DNA of 62,985 nucleotides, filler included, from Phoronis australis (lineage: Eukaryota; Animalia; Phoronida), in assembly GCA_002633005.1 (NCBI GenBank). It is 6 parts of 6 records of this genome, joined end to end, with 100 filler letters (N's around TTAATTAATTAA, not from the genome) between each part and the next. Parts side by side here need not be neighbours in the genome. Positions count along the whole stretch, not along the records: positions 29,193 to 51,660 come from NMRA01001224.1; positions 51,761 to 54,996 come from NMRA01003132.1; 4 more parts are not named here. One strand, written 5' to 3'. The position numbers were made by a program, and so were the translations under genes. Positions within the stretch are counted from its first letter, which is position 1. The number at the start of each line of letters is the position of its first letter. Below are positions 38,096-52,427 of this stretch, in pieces. Below the pieces are notes generated by a model. That model had not been told where the DNA came from. It ran no database searches and saw only the letters and a list, made by a program, of their open reading frames with translations.

Positions 38096-38757
38096 TAGAC
38101 CGCCAAATCCGAATATTTTCAATGGAGGAAATCTGAGATCTTACGGATAAGCCGTGACGTCATTATTCAGTAGCGACAGCTAGCAGACATAATACGCTTT
38201 ACTCCCGGCAAGTACTAATCTGCTAATCGTGGTCATTTCGTCTGGATTTTGCGTGGGCGGTGAACCACTGAAAAAGTGAGGGACTATAGCCCCCCTGTGG
38301 TGCACCATCCATAGACCATGAGAGCCGGAGCAATGAAAAAAGACCCCCAATCTCCCTATTGTGAGCCGCCCATCATGTTTTGCTCAACTCACATATATTA
38401 AATAAATTGAACCTGTTACCTTCTTAAACAAAGCTCATATTAATACTCCAGGAATAACCAGCGAGCTTAATCAAAAACCAGTCTCGCACTTCAAAACAGG
38501 TTTACACTCGATCATGGTGCGTTTCATTTTAAGCTCGACTGCACGTCGGTGACGCTCAAAATTTCTGGACTCTACTATTGGAAGACCTTGAACAGCGTTT
38601 CAATGCCGATTTTTTCCTTTTTACTAGGCAGTAAAATACATGGAAGAATTTACCATCACAATATACAAACCTGAAGCGGAGTTTGCTATGTTTAGAGGGT
38701 GGCTCCTCCTCTAGGATATTGCGGAAGAAAACGTCATAGTTGCGAATCTGCAGTCTA
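38096..38757. mobile_element. MITE family copy 2 with an internal insertion (~38230-38560)
   Basis: Homologous to 15052-15436. Confidence 0.65.
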
Positions 38758-40375
38758 TAATGTATGGCATGATTAAAAACACTCAGCAATACACAGCACT
38801 GTACGTCAGATGGTGCTATAGACTCCAGGTTTTTAACAGAGAGAAATAAGTCCCCCGCCATCCCCCTGGTTCTTAAGCCTATGTGGCACTAAATGTAGCA
38901 TTTTCGCAGCTGCGTTCAGCAGACCTATCCTAGGTTTATTACTTCCCAGACGCCCTGGGCAAAATCCTGTAGGATCTGTACCTGAACACCCACCAATCGC
39001 CTACTTCCACCTGGTCACCACTAATTAGTCACCCCTGTTTATGATGTATTTTCCGTAATTAACATGAGCTCCGCTGCAATAATTTTTTCTTGATTTACTC
39101 GATTTTTTGCCTATGTGTGTACTTTTCCAACATACCACTCATATTTCATTTTCTCAACATATAATTTTATACATAAGATACCACTTCACAATTTTGAATT
39201 TGACAAAATAAAATCGGCCGAACTTCCTCAAAGCACGCACTTGCTAGGTGACGTTACAGTCCATGAAACAATATAGGCGGCGGCCAATGAGATTAGTCTC
39301 GCTGCATTTTATCCTGCTAACAGATGGCAGCACATTCATTGAAGGGCATTTGCGTCAAAAAGCAGACCGCATCGAAAATTGTGCACTTTATTAAACTTTT
39401 TGCGCTCTCACTTAGACATTTTACCACAGTACAAGTTTAGCGTTAAGTCTGTTAAACAAAATGATTAAAAAATTGCAATAGTTAGGTAACAATTTTGTCT
39501 TCCATGGACAAGCAGATGAAAAGCATTAATTTCTTCTGACATTCCACTAAGGAGAATATGGAGTTAGTCTTACCCCCTAAGTGTGCGCGCATAAGGTGCA
39601 ACGGTGCAATGGTGAAAGGTCATTTTGAACCCGGTTTTCTGCGGCGCCTCGTTTATTTACATTTCGAAGGCTCTTGTTTGACGCATTGCTCGTCTGATGA
39701 ATGGTAAAATGTTCTGTCAAAAGATACGAGCAATTAGAACTTGTCTTTGTAGGGCCTACAGCTCCTGCAAAGTTTTATAATCCTGTAAACGGTTGCAACA
39801 AGAGTTTTGTAAAGCTGCAACCCCAAAACAGTTCAACTTTCCAACGGAAATGCATCAGAAAAGGCGACCTTCCACCAAAAACCTGTTTGTGAAGTCACTC
39901 ATCTTGGCGGCACGTCCCGCATACACTCTGTCTGCATGGCAGCATGTACCGGATTGTATCCAAGCCACACGTCATGTCTCTAATAAAGGTGAACAAAAAG
40001 AGAAATCCCAATACGAAAACGTTATCTAACAGAGCGTATGTGGTACAACTTTGTAGATGGATTTATGTCCATAATGACCTATCCGGTGTCTTGAACACCG
40101 CAAAAAGTGGTTAAGGGAAAATTCAGTCGCCATTCTCGTTGTGTATGTTACGTCTATCCCGAGGTCGATCTTCATATGCGTCAATTGTCCAGACGCATAT
40201 CGTGAAAAGAACATTGTATAAGGTTATAAAAGCATTTATAGTAAAAGTTGGGAACAAGACTGTTTCACACAATCAAGATATGGCGAATTCAACTAACCCT
40301 GTTCCCAAGCCAAATTTTGCGTGTTTGACCATCTAGTTAGCATAAACAAAATGGCGGCCAAATTGTCAAGTTCAG

Positions 40376-40776
40376 GGCCCGGTCTCCAATCTTTTTACTC
40401 GAAATGGAACTCGAAATTGGGTTTGGCATTTTCTACTCTACTTTTGGGCGAAATCAAGATAAGTGTCTATTATTCTGTGCTCGAGTACACAATAACTTAC
40501 ATAGATAATTTATTGCCCTTAGTTCACAGTTTGTAAACCCAATATCAAAGCAATAAGTTTGAGTTTGAACTCGAAAGTTCGAGTTTTTACTCGAGTTTTT
40601 AGCACGAATATAAGGGTCTTCAAGTGCAAACTTCAACTAGAAACTCCTATGCATAAACTATAATGTATTCGAGCACAGTCTGATAACGAATTATCTTAAG
40701 TTCGCACAAAAGCAGCAGAGAAATTGCCAAAAATAGTTTCGAGTTCGTTTCGAGTACAAAGATTAGAGACCGGGCC
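40376..40776. mobile_element. PIF/Harbinger-type MITE inserted in the Academ left TIR
   Basis: TIR ggcccggtctccaatcttt / aaagattagagaccgggcc with CAG TSD (40373-75, 40777-79). Confidence 0.8.
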
Positions 40777-42582
40777 CAGATGTATTTCTGTAATAGAAAT
40801 CACAATGTACCGTTTTAAATGGTGAAATGCCTCACCTGCACACTTCTTATAAATAATTCTTGAGCAATGCATCACTTATGAAAACTAAAAATGCAACTCT
40901 AAAAACTAATTATGCAAATTTGGTGCCGCTATTACCAGTCAATGTAATTTGCGTCTTAAGTTTTTGCTCCTGCAGGCTAACTTGAAAAATGAGGTGTTTA
41001 TACTTTCATGGTCAACAAACATGCTAAATACGTTTTTGGAGCAATTTATTTCATTTTTATTGGGTTATAGATGTATACTTACCAATGTGGAAAAAATAGT
41101 CGTTAATCTGTAATGCTCGTCAAGTAAGGTGTCACTATTTAGACGGAATATAAGGACAGATGTTCACACTGACCCGTTATCTTCCATTCATAAAAAATCA
41201 ATATAATTATTGTTATTGAAGACATTAGATTCTCAGTTGCATGAATTGTTTTCAGGCCTACTGGACACAGTTTTAGCATTCACTTTTTGGTACTTTTTAA
41301 CATGCCTGAAGCCTGGCAAATCAAACTGTATGGATACAAGGAATCTGATCATGAATGTGCTGCTGGCATGTGCATAACGATATGCATCGAAATCCATATT
41401 TCTTGCATTTGCATTGTCTGCTGTTGCGTTGTTTCTGGCATGCACACAATACCATCTCTAGGCAGTTGTCTGGGAGAGAACTCTATGTCTTCAGTATGGG
41501 CTACAAGCATAAGTTTGTGTGTGTACCTCCCATATCAGAGGGTGCTGGGAGCTCAGGCATGGAAGAATGGTCCGATTTTGCCATACCTTGACCTGATAGT
41601 GCACTCTCATCAGGTGGAAATGGCGGGCATTATGCGTTGGGGGAAGGACTTCTGGGTTCACGGGATTGGAGAACAGTAAATGGCGTGCTACATCTACAGG
41701 CCTGTTCTGGTCGTGTTGTATATTCTGCACACAACTACTTCTGAAGCCGTCGTAATTTTCTCAGTGAGTTCACCAATGCAGAAGTTCTTAAGCAATCTGT
41801 GATGCTCTAGGAACACCTTCCATGATGATTGTTTCATGTGATTGGCAAATTACGAGTTGGTGCCAAACCCGGTCACAGCATGAAAAGCAAACACGGATGT
41901 TGTTGAGTCTCGTAGTAGTTTGTTGAAAAGTGCTTCAATAAGTATATATCGTCATTTCTTTGATGTGCATGACATCATTCAGATATGCTGACATTGCATT
42001 TGTTGGAAGAGCGATACCAGAAGCATTAGAGCATCGCGTGTCCCTGGAAAACCCGACTGACTGTGGACAGCATGCAGTACCAGTCTTTCATCTGCTTCTT
42101 CATGTGTGGATTTCAGAGTCCTCAAATCAGTCATATCCTTAGATGAATTAATTGACTTCGAGCTCATCTTTGAACCCTCCTGCAACCATAACCTCTTTAT
42201 CTTCAGGCGTCTACAAACGCAGTTCCTCTGACAAGAAGTGCGCTAGGTCTGCTTTATTCTCAGCCAGTACCCGAAAATTTGACCAGTTTTGAGGAAGCGG
42301 TACATCACGGGCTTCCAAAAATCACCTGATTTTCCGTGTTCCTTTACTGCGCTGTTTTCTTGTTGTGTCCTTCATTGTTTCTTGTTTGAATCTGTCAAAT
42401 ACAATATCACTTTTATGGTATGGAAATCCTGTTTTTAGCGCTGTTTTCATGAATGAATAAGCCAGGTTTTCGAAGGTCACATCACCATCAGGCTACCAGC
42501 AATGCTTCGCTGTCAAAAATGAAGCAAGCGGACGTGTCACGAAGTTAAATTGTTTCAGGACAGTCGATGTGTTAAGTATTAA

Positions 42583-45500
42583 GAGTGACTCCACATAAAA
42601 ACCAACAGGTAAAGCCTATACCCAAAATAACCGATTTTTTTGAAACTTAGCACATGAGTTTGGTTTGTTGAGATGTAGAAAAATGTCACTTTTTAAGAAT
42701 TTTCATTCTTTTCTTTTTATGACCTGTACCTGCATTTTGAAACAAAATTGGGCGTCGAAGTAGGCATGTTTGAATGCATTTTACTAGCAGGTGTGGTACG
42801 GTCAAGACAAATGAAAAATACGAATTGAAAGGGCAATGGCTGAATAATTTAATGCCATAACTTTCAAAATCCATTTTTAAATTTGTACGTTTTGAATTTG
42901 TGAGGTAAAAACGGCTATTTTTCAGGTTTTCGGCCAAATTTGGCACTCTGTAAGCAGCCATAACGCACCTTTCCTGAAATTGACTATGTAATAATTTGTT
43001 CAGTCATTTCTAACCTGTTCATAATCTAAAATAAAAAATCTTGCCTCTAATGTAGTGTTTGCGTACGAAGCATTACACGAACTGCACTCCGTCCTTTTGC
43101 ATGTTCTCAGTTGCCTCTGCTGCCAATAGGGGGCTTTTGGAACATATTAGCTTGCGAAACACGACATAAAAACTTTGTATTTTGTAGAAAAGGCAGAAAG
43201 CATGATTAATTACCATTCTCTGAAAACGGCATTGATGATTATTGCTTATTACAAAAATGTGTACGAAAATCAACTGGCATTCGTGCTTCTAAATGATAGA
43301 TGGCGCTGCTTTTGTTTACGTGGAGACTGAAGACGCATCTAGAATAAAAGCAGTAACACGAGGATCTTGCTATAATTCAAGAGTTCGCGAGATATTGCCC
43401 TGCATTTTAAATGAGAACACGTGGTTTTGGATAAATTTTAGAGAGGTTCTAGTGATACTGAACTCACCCCTGCCTTGTTTTCTATCTGCTTTGTTCGTGC
43501 GACAGGCAAAGGAAGGCAACCAAGGTGGATATGGCTCCCTAGTGTTCAGTGCAAAAATCCTTCAACTTGTCAATAGTCATTGTAACTTTGGGTTCATATT
43601 GTAATGTCCCTGCTGCTTGCTACAAATTTTAGGAGTCACCAGTCGCCAGAAATCTGGTGTTCCCCTCCCCCCACACACACCGGGCACCCTAACGCTGAAT
43701 ATTTCTGCCAGTGTGATCATCAGTGGTATAAAAAGGTACACATACACAGTCAATAGAAAATAATTCACGAAAGATAATTTTATTAATGACTCATTCATGA
43801 CAGACATGAAGTAAACAGAAGTAACGGTCTCGACTTCATATATCACAAATCTTTGACTGGTATGCTACAAAACTAGTAGGCTAAACATTGAGCTCATTTA
43901 CCACTTCATTCAGTAAACCTGACGACATAACAGCATCTTCAGCAGAAATAGCATCGTCATAAACACTGCTGCAGACAACCTCGAAAAAATCCACCAATCT
44001 GCGATTCACTTAACATCACAGGTAAACACTTTCCCAGTGGGTTCTCGTAATGTTTTCTCCATTTTGGCACTTCCGAGGGTGAACGTTTTTACCTGACTTA
44101 TCTCCTCCATCGAATATTTTTCGTCAGAAAGTTCTTAACATTTGCTGAAAATCTTGTTGACCTTTTACCTTTTTTCAATGCCTAACCTATTTCTTCAGCA
44201 TTCGTCTCATCCTAATAATACTCTGAGGCTGCCTCAAATGACGCTCCGGCTCTTGCATCTGAAAGCATTTCTGACCACTGTCTTGCGATGTGGTCATACA
44301 TGGTTTCCTTCTGTAAATGTTCAGTATGGTTACCCACATCCAAATGCCGACCTAGTTGCAAAAAATTTCGAGTAACCTTGCTAGGTACAAGGGAACTTTT
44401 GTTGAGGCTCTTCACTAGATACAATGCCAACATTAAGTCTTGGTGTTGAAAATCCGCCATGTCTAGAGATGTTAGTGTATTTTACAGAAATAGACTTCCC
44501 ATATTCTCAGTATTTGTAAGAACTTACCATCACGTACATGGACTGATTTCCACACGCGAATTCCTTGGGTGGAATAGTGGGAATTTGTGAATGTGCTTAT
44601 ACCAGGAACTGAGTATTTTGGAAAAGACTTTGTTTCATTGACTGAACATGCATACACATAACATCCCTTCACACGGCCACTGGAAAGTAATGCTTCTTTC
44701 AAATCCAGAAAGTTTATGATATTGTTAGCTTCGGCTACAAAGTACTTTGCATGTTGTTTGAGTGGAGCGATCTTGCGATCACAGAGATCCTTTCCATTCT
44801 GACTTTCACTAAAATCATATCTCGAAACAGAAATGCCGGTAGAATTTGACAAGGCTGCTACGTTCAGGAGGAGAGGAGCAGAGTGGTAACATCCAGCATT
44901 ACCTGACTCTTCCATGACTGGTCCTGTTCAGTCAGAAATTCACCGACTCGGGGTAGTACGAGTCCGTACTCTGGCACAGGCCTTGCTTTGTGAGGTAGTT
45001 TCCTGTATCTCAAATGTTCAGTGGTGTCTTTGACATAACTCACTAAAGCACAAAACTTTTGTGATGTTCTGCAGAATAAACTCTAAAGGAACATGAAGGC
45101 CCATCGACATCGTCCGCCATTTTGTCTTTTTAAAATGCACTTGCTTCTCTCAAGACCAGTCATTACAAATATCAATTCTTACTCGTTTAATCTTAAAGGC
45201 ATTTATTTCCATTAAAAAGTTCAACAGAGTGTTTAAATTAGCCTGATACTGTAAAAGAAATGAAAGAATACAAGAGGGTTACACGTACATTTTTTATATA
45301 TCCTCAAACTTAACCTCAACTGACTTCCTCAGTGGGCAAAGGTCATCGGGTTCAGTTTTGATACTAGCCGAGTAATAAACCCGGAAAACATCTTGTTTTC
45401 ATTTGAAAGAGTTTAGACTTGATTTCTATAACTATTTAAAACAGACTTCTTGCCTAAAAGTTTGTTCAAATGATCTGTAAGCTCTGCTCGTCATTTCCAA

Positions 45501-46039
45501 ACTATGAAAATAGACAGTTTGCAAGACAATTTTCACTAAAGTGCAAAGTTGAGGCAAGATTTTTTTGCTCAGTCATCAAGACTAACTCTTTAACTGTATG
45601 TTCGAAACGATATATAAGGCTACAATGTGTTTTATGGCAGTAAGGAGGTCACAAAAATGGTCACTAAAATTAGCCCCAAAAAGTGGTCGGTGAAGTATCT
45701 GTCTAGCAAAAATGTTAGATTTTAATAAATGGCACAGAATTATGCACAGTACATGTATATGTTGGTTATTTCAGCAATCAAAATATAGCTTTTGATCTAT
45801 TTTGTATGTTACTCATTTTTGTTGATGAAAACATGCGATTTTTGAGGCGGCTAATATGCCCAGTTGTGCCAATTTGTGTTATCATGCTCCAGTGGCGAAA
45901 TTACTGGTCATTGAGTGCACAAAATTTAGCATTTGGGTTTTTGTTAGGATACCTACCCATGTACAAAAATGAAGTTGTATTAAATTTTGACGTATAGACT
46001 TATTTTTGAAAATCTATTGGTTTTTATATGGACTGCCTC
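42583..46039 (-). mobile_element. Sola3-like DNA transposon relic inserted into the Academ ORF
   Basis: TTAA on both sides (42579-82, 46040-43); termini GAG..CTC with TIR gag...tcca.ataaaaaccaa. Transposase relic 44472-44915 has GNAGCYH..YDFSESQNGKDLCDRKIA.LK.H. The flanks rejoin into the Academ reading frame. Confidence 0.65.
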
Positions 46040-48779
46040 TTAATACTTCGGCAAGTGAAGATTTATCTCCAGTGCGCAATGTGCCACTCGTTTCTGCAAG
46101 AAAACATGGACGGGAAGAAGCTTGCGTTTGAGCACAGACGGGAAATCAACTGGCTGACCTGCCTCATAAGCCGTAGCTAGACACCGAAGTACACCCCTGT
46201 CTGCCTTAAGAACTATTTTCTTGTCTTTGTATTTGGTTTGTTTCACCACATCGTATAAATTGGCAAATGTTGGGGCATTATGTTTGCGCATAGGTGCATG
46301 AATTGACATGTCTGAATTGTAGCACTGCTCTTTGATAATTTGAACAAATTTCGTAATTTGTTCGTGTCCAAGTTCCTTGGCATGCAAAAGTGACTCTTGG
46401 ACTGGTGCTGATGTTAGGTCTTTTTGCAAGGCCTTGTAGCAGCTCAGACCTTGCGGACGAGAAGACCTTCAATCAATTGAAAGTGTAAAGAAGGGAACTC
46501 TCGACATTATTTCCTGGCTTCGTTGTAAAACTATGTACTCCCATAGCGGTAAGTTTGTTCAGCTATATGAGATCTCAGATGCAATGAGAGTGTCAACCAC
46601 CATAGAGCTGACATGGTTTTGATATTACCGATGATGCCACCTCCGTTTTGCCTGCCCCATTTACCCATTGGTCAGAATCTACCTGACAGAACATATGAGG
46701 AGAGGGCTTCACTACAAAATTTCCTGCTTGAAACTCTGACCAAACAGACTGCGAATTAATAGCTGATGCATCTCGGGTAAAATACCGCATGCCACTCGGG
46801 CATAATTCGGTGGGGGAAGCATGAGAGTAAATGAATACAGATGCAGTTCCCAAATGCCATCCCGTTGAGAGCATGTGCACTTTATCAATATTGGAACCAT
46901 GTTCATGTAACTCTACCAGAAGCTGAAATACACATCATTAGACCTACTGTTGCCAAAATGCCCAGAAGTTTCCTAAACTTATCCTGATTGAGAAATGTTA
47001 TCAACTCCGGACTTTTCTGTGGATCATCATCTGCAGACATACTGGTAATACAAGCATGACAGTCGCTTCTGCAATAAACGAGAGAAGGCTTGGCACCAGG
47101 AGATGCCAAAGAGCTTGCTTGCAAAGACAGTTTTGTGCCCTCATACTGTAGCTTTGCTGTAGGACTTTCCACTGAGGACAAGTTCTATAGGCCTTGACCA
47201 AGTACTGTACTCTCTATACACACGTCAGCTATTTCGAAGTAACTCGTGATATTCTATTAAGGCCTTGATGGAGTTCATTGATACGTGAAGAATATATTTT
47301 GGTATTCTGGGACCGACCACTGCCATAAGCTCTTTTAATGTGCAACAGAGTGCTTGGTCGACTGTGAGAACGGTATGTTCCTGTCCAAAATGGGACGATA
47401 TGGCCATGCATCTCTTTACAACAATATTTAAAAGTCATGTTGTTATGTTTACAATACTTTTAAGTCTTATCTAAATAGTGAGATGTTCGCAAAAAAGCAT
47501 TGATAATTATGATTTCTAATTTCATTTTCAGGCTTTAATAATGAGTATTTGTAACTTAGTTAAGATGAAATAAAAAGCTTCACATGTGTCATAATGATTT
47601 TTCTAGACCTTCAAAACATAGGTATAGACACCTTATTTGTCATATTTGCCTGCAAATTGATAAAGTTACACCGAAATTTGAATTTTCGGTAATGGCGGAA
47701 GCTAATTAGCATAATTGGGGAATTTAATGACGTTCATTAATATGTCCTCAAAATTAAGTGATCTAAACACACTTTTACTATGTTTTTGTAACAAAAATTT
47801 CCTAATTATTCGTCACATACATGTATTGTACTCCTGGTTCCACGAATGTTTCTTATCTTGTTGGTTTGGCGGCCATTTTGTTTATGCAAATTAGATGGTC
47901 AAAAACTCAAAATCCAGCCTGGGAACGGGCATAATCAGCACACATAATTTTGCCAAAATGCCTCTAACACGCACATTTTTAAATAAAGAAAATAAATGGC
48001 TAGGGTTCGACCATTCTCATGATTTTACAAGAATATCGTGGCTGTGATATCTGAGAATGGAGTGTAATCTCCAAACAGTCATACTCAAACTAAAATTTTT
48101 GATATTTTGTGTTTTTAAGTAAGAAAATCATTACGAGGTACAACTAGCGACTCTGTACACTGTAACTGTGCTTGTTATGGATAACGTGGACGGAAACTCT
48201 AGCCCAAGTTCGCATTTGGTGACCCCACCATTGAACCAATATGTTCGAGTCGAAAGTCGTCTGACTTGTAGTTATCATTTTGACAAAGTTATTGATATAT
48301 ATCATAGAGGCATCTGCCAAGTCATAGATTTTTGATGAATTCCCATTTGAGAAGTTTATTTTCAATGTCTAAAATTTTTCACAAAAGTTGGCTTCCACTG
48401 TTTACCTGGATGGCTGATCTAGCTCAACTCTGAGGTTTGTGCCTGTCTGGAGGGATTAACCCACAATTGGATTTGTCTGGCAATGTTCATTCATTACATA
48501 TGGGGTCACAGTGTATGTATTTTGCATCCAATATTATACAGTTACCTCTTGAATTGATCTAGGTCAATTTTCAGGACTATTTATCCAAGAAAAATTGTCT
48601 TGAAAAAATGCCATCGATAGTTAAAATAGACGTAGGGGGTCAAGGGGCTTCGGACCCCCCTTTCCTTTGATTGTAGTGATATCAAATCTAGAATTTTCAA
48701 ATTGTTAACTTGGACTCTCTTTTTAAAAAAATCTTGATCCGACTCCCCCTTTTAAAAATCCTGGATCTGTCCCTGGTTT

Positions 48780-49616
48780 AATTCGTGAAATATGTAAGAT
48801 TGCTGGTGTATTCAGCACTGCATCCCACATCCAGTATTGGAAATAAATACTTTATATTGATATTGCCCCATTAAAACTATGGTATACTGGAATGTGGAAG
48901 TGAACATAAGCAATTATTTGGTTTGAAGAATTAAGCTTTTAGAATCATAAATATTTATAACTGTAATGCTCCCTCTGATGTCTCGTTCATGACGTCATGT
49001 ATTCAATTGAAGATTTATATATGGCTCCCGCTATCTTTCATAAATATTTTAACAACACGCTACAGAACTGTTTGTTTACTTTCAATACTAGACTCGGTTC
49101 TAGCAATCATCATCATTATTACACCAGGAAAAGAGATCTATCACAAACTAACTGCTGTTCGAAACTTTTTCAATTCTCTAAAAATTTACCTACATGTAAC
49201 CTCACTGTTTTCCATGTTGCCTACTTGATAAGATTTATACACATTCTCCTTAGTGTAATAACTTATTTTAGAAATAGTTGCTTATTTGAGTTTTGTGTTG
49301 CCTGTACGATTGCCGCTTCTATGTTTGAAACAATGTGTAAGAATTTATTTTAAGTCATCCAATTACGATAATATACTGTTTTTGTTATTTAATGTCTTGT
49401 TATTTACATTAAAGTGTTCAGGAGTGAACGTTTCACTGTCACCATATTTACTGGGTGTCTTTTATTTGTTCATTAATGTAATTTATGGGGTTGGCCCTAT
49501 GGTCACCGTATTGTAAAGTCTTTCACGTGGACTTCCCTAATTCCACATTGTATTTATATTTTGTATTTTATTTGGCATGAAATAAACACATTACTACTAC
49601 TATAACTGCTACTACT
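48780..49616 (+). mobile_element. CR1/L2-group LINE 3' fragment
   Basis: PH*NYGILE.G..L..L...AFRII and HHYYTR motifs, T-rich UTR, AATAAA at ~49581, then a (TAC)n tail. Confidence 0.5.
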
Positions 49617-50487
49617 TTAAATTAGATCTGAGTTGAAACCACTATGAGCGCGAGAGTGAGAACACGCTTCACGTTGCATTTGTTCTGTTAGAGGTCACTA
49701 AAAACCGCCAAACTGGGCCACTTAGTACCTTCATCAAAATCGATCTCGTACTATTTTTCATTCTAACATGATTCCACGTGCGTTACAAATTGAGCTGTCA
49801 AGCTGAAAGTATAGATTGGCTTTAAAATAACTTACAAAAAACAAAAAGATGACACGCGGACTGGACATTCCGCAGATTGTTATAAATGCATGAAATCCCA
49901 AAGTACATGTACTACTACAAGAATATTCATGTTATCTCCTTTTCTTGTTTTAAGAGAACGTCGCCGTCGCAAATGTTGTTGCAGACGTCTTCATGGACCA
50001 AGCATGGTCAACATTTTAACCATGGAAACAAGTTTTAAAGTTTAAAAACTTTCATGAAACGTTAAAAACTAAAAAAAAGTATCGAACTCATCGTATTACT
50101 TCATTGACATGTAGAATGGACTTTTTTAAAAGTAGTTACTACATACGGTTTCGTATTCAAATTACACTTATTTTCAGTGCTCGTAAGTGTTAATGTAAAA
50201 ATGCAGATGCCGTGTATGACAGCCCTCATTGCCAACAGGGAAGCAATGAAGCAATTATGCTTCCCATTAAGGCCCTGTCGTACAAATGTAATCGCGGGCA
50301 GCAGAACAACTTTCGCAACATTTCTGGTAGGTATACCGGTATATGTTGCCGAAACAAATATTAATAATTACGAGCGCGAATTAGACTGCAAATTCTCTTG
50401 AAAGGAAAATGATTATGGTTGATTAAAAGAACAGGGCTCAAATTTAGCGGAGCAGCAGGCAGATGCTTTAATCGTCCCGATCTAAGA

Positions 50488-50573
50488 TATATAAAGGGGT
50501 GCAAGATTCAAGACTTCACTTCATCCATCGAAAGTTCCAAAAGACTTCTACGGATTCAGAAGACAAAGTAAGT
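50488..50573 (+). promoter_or_regulatory. TATA + initiator core promoter with a short non-coding first exon (~50518-50567)
   Basis: TATATAAAG at 50488, Inr TCACTT with its A at 50518 (30 nt spacing), donor GTAAGT at 50568. Confidence 0.55.
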
Positions 50574-52157
50574 GACTTAACTTCGTTATCATTGTTTGTT
50601 TGTCTTTTAAAATACAGGGGCTCTGTTTAGAAAATCCAGGTCGCACGATTTGGTCCGTTGTCAGTGAAAGGGACCTGTCTGAGCAGTATATTGCGCATGT
50701 GTAGTTAAAATTTGTAACTGGACATCAATTTAAACTATCGTAATCTCGCGGTCATTGAAAATTGCTATCGCGTGGCTTAACAATACTCTTTAATTTGATT
50801 TCAATCTAAAAAATAACTAAAATCAACGCAAAATAATCTATTCAAAATCAACATCATCTTTTCGAAAAAGCCTGAACTCACTGACGAATTTGTATTTTTA
50901 ATTTTTACTGCAAGTCGTTCACCAGTATTAAAAACCAATTGCATGCTCGTAACTGTGATACTGTATAGCAGGAACTAAACGACAATGCTACTTGAACATC
51001 ATCAAGAATTGATGTTTATGTTCCATTTTAAGGCCCCGAAGCATTAGGCTTAGGTTTATAAATCAAATAAGAAATTGATTAATTCCGAACACTCATACAG
51101 GGCTCTTACTTAAGAACTTTTGGTACCGTATCAAAATCTTGGGATTGCGCTTAAGACTTCATCGATTGTCGAACCTGCATTCTTTCTGTGTGCAAGCAGA
51201 GGAATAAAATTTGACAAAGAAACTCCAGCTTCAGAGTAATGGCGGAATACATGTAGTAACAACCAGCAAAATTAAGCGTAACAACAGATGCTTATGACGT
51301 GATCACATGTCCAGAATTCCGTTTTTGCACATAATTTTCAACCGAACATTGCACAATATTAGTCATGGAGTCGCATACAAACAATCTTGGCTTTGATAAT
51401 TTCACTTATTTCGCAAGTAAATTTCTCCAAGCAATATAAATTAGGATTTGCGCTAAAATGTAACTTTGAATAGAATAATTTTGTTGCCATAGCGTATGAA
51501 AATTGCGTAATGAACGTCAACTGAAAATTGAATTTTGTAATAAATGGGTTGCCTTTTACCGTAGCACTTGGAAGGCAGCTTTGTGATCAACGACCTACAT
51601 ATACACACAGAGGTGTAGCCGTGACACAAGTTTTCATAAATTACTTCAGAGCTTGCATTCNNNNNNNNNNNNNNNNNNNNNNNNNNNNNNNNNNNNNNNN
51701 NNNNTTAATTAATTAANNNNNNNNNNNNNNNNNNNNNNNNNNNNNNNNNNNNNNNNNNNNGAGCTAGAGATGCACTGTGGAGAATATTATTCCATTTGAT
51801 TAGAAACTTGTCGCTGCATTCTATAGCCGGGGTCTTTTTGAGTTCCAGTCCTTTAGGATAATAGTTGTTCTTCTTGAAGTTAGATAGAGAATTAAAATGA
51901 TGTTGATATCTTATGTTTTTGTCCAGTGTCTTCTTTGCTTGATTAAACTTTCTTCACTTCATGTTACCTCATTTAGGATCCACTATTATGATGGATGCTT
52001 CAGATAAGAAGATGATAAATAACGTAGAAAATATATCTGAAACTAAATAAGGCGATCCAGATCCTCCCAAGGATACTATTGTTTCATGAAATGGAGAATA
52101 TAAATCGGTAAATAAAACAACAAGAATGGATCAACTGAAATTTGAAATTTTCGAAAG

Positions 52158-52427
52158 TAACAACTTCCTTTATCAACAAAAACAGAAATAAAGTAAAATC
52201 AAACACAAAATGACAATTGACATATAAGATATGATGTAATGAAAATGATACATTTTTGCGTAAAAAATTCAATGACATGTTTTAAGAAGTTTTTATGTTC
52301 AATCCATGAGGTTCTATTGTATTCAGTTTGTCTATCCAATATTGTTCAGTAACAACTTCCTTTATCAACAAAAACAGAAATAAAGTAAAATCAAACACGA
52401 AATGACAATTGACATATAAGATATGAT
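52158..52427 (+). repeat. Direct duplication of ~79 bp
   Basis: gtaacaacttcctttatcaac..gacatataagatatgat at 52158 and 52349. Confidence 0.8.

Larger units (their letters stand above)
40185..48050 (-). mobile_element. Degenerate AcademX-like DNA transposon (transposase + XPG/PIN-like nuclease + Cys8), with long imperfect TIRs
   Basis: ORF relics at 46044-47440 (GQEHTVLTVDQAL, FQAGNFVVK, QVDSDQW.NG.GK) and ~41340-42578 (STHEEADERLVLHA, FHAVTG, LPPT..A..FH..R..YQ..VW, CAC....SRQCKCKKYGFRCISLCTC). Inverted termini: 40301-40370 versus 47857-47927 and 40907-41010 versus 47620-47716. Outer ends are approximate. Confidence 0.75.
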
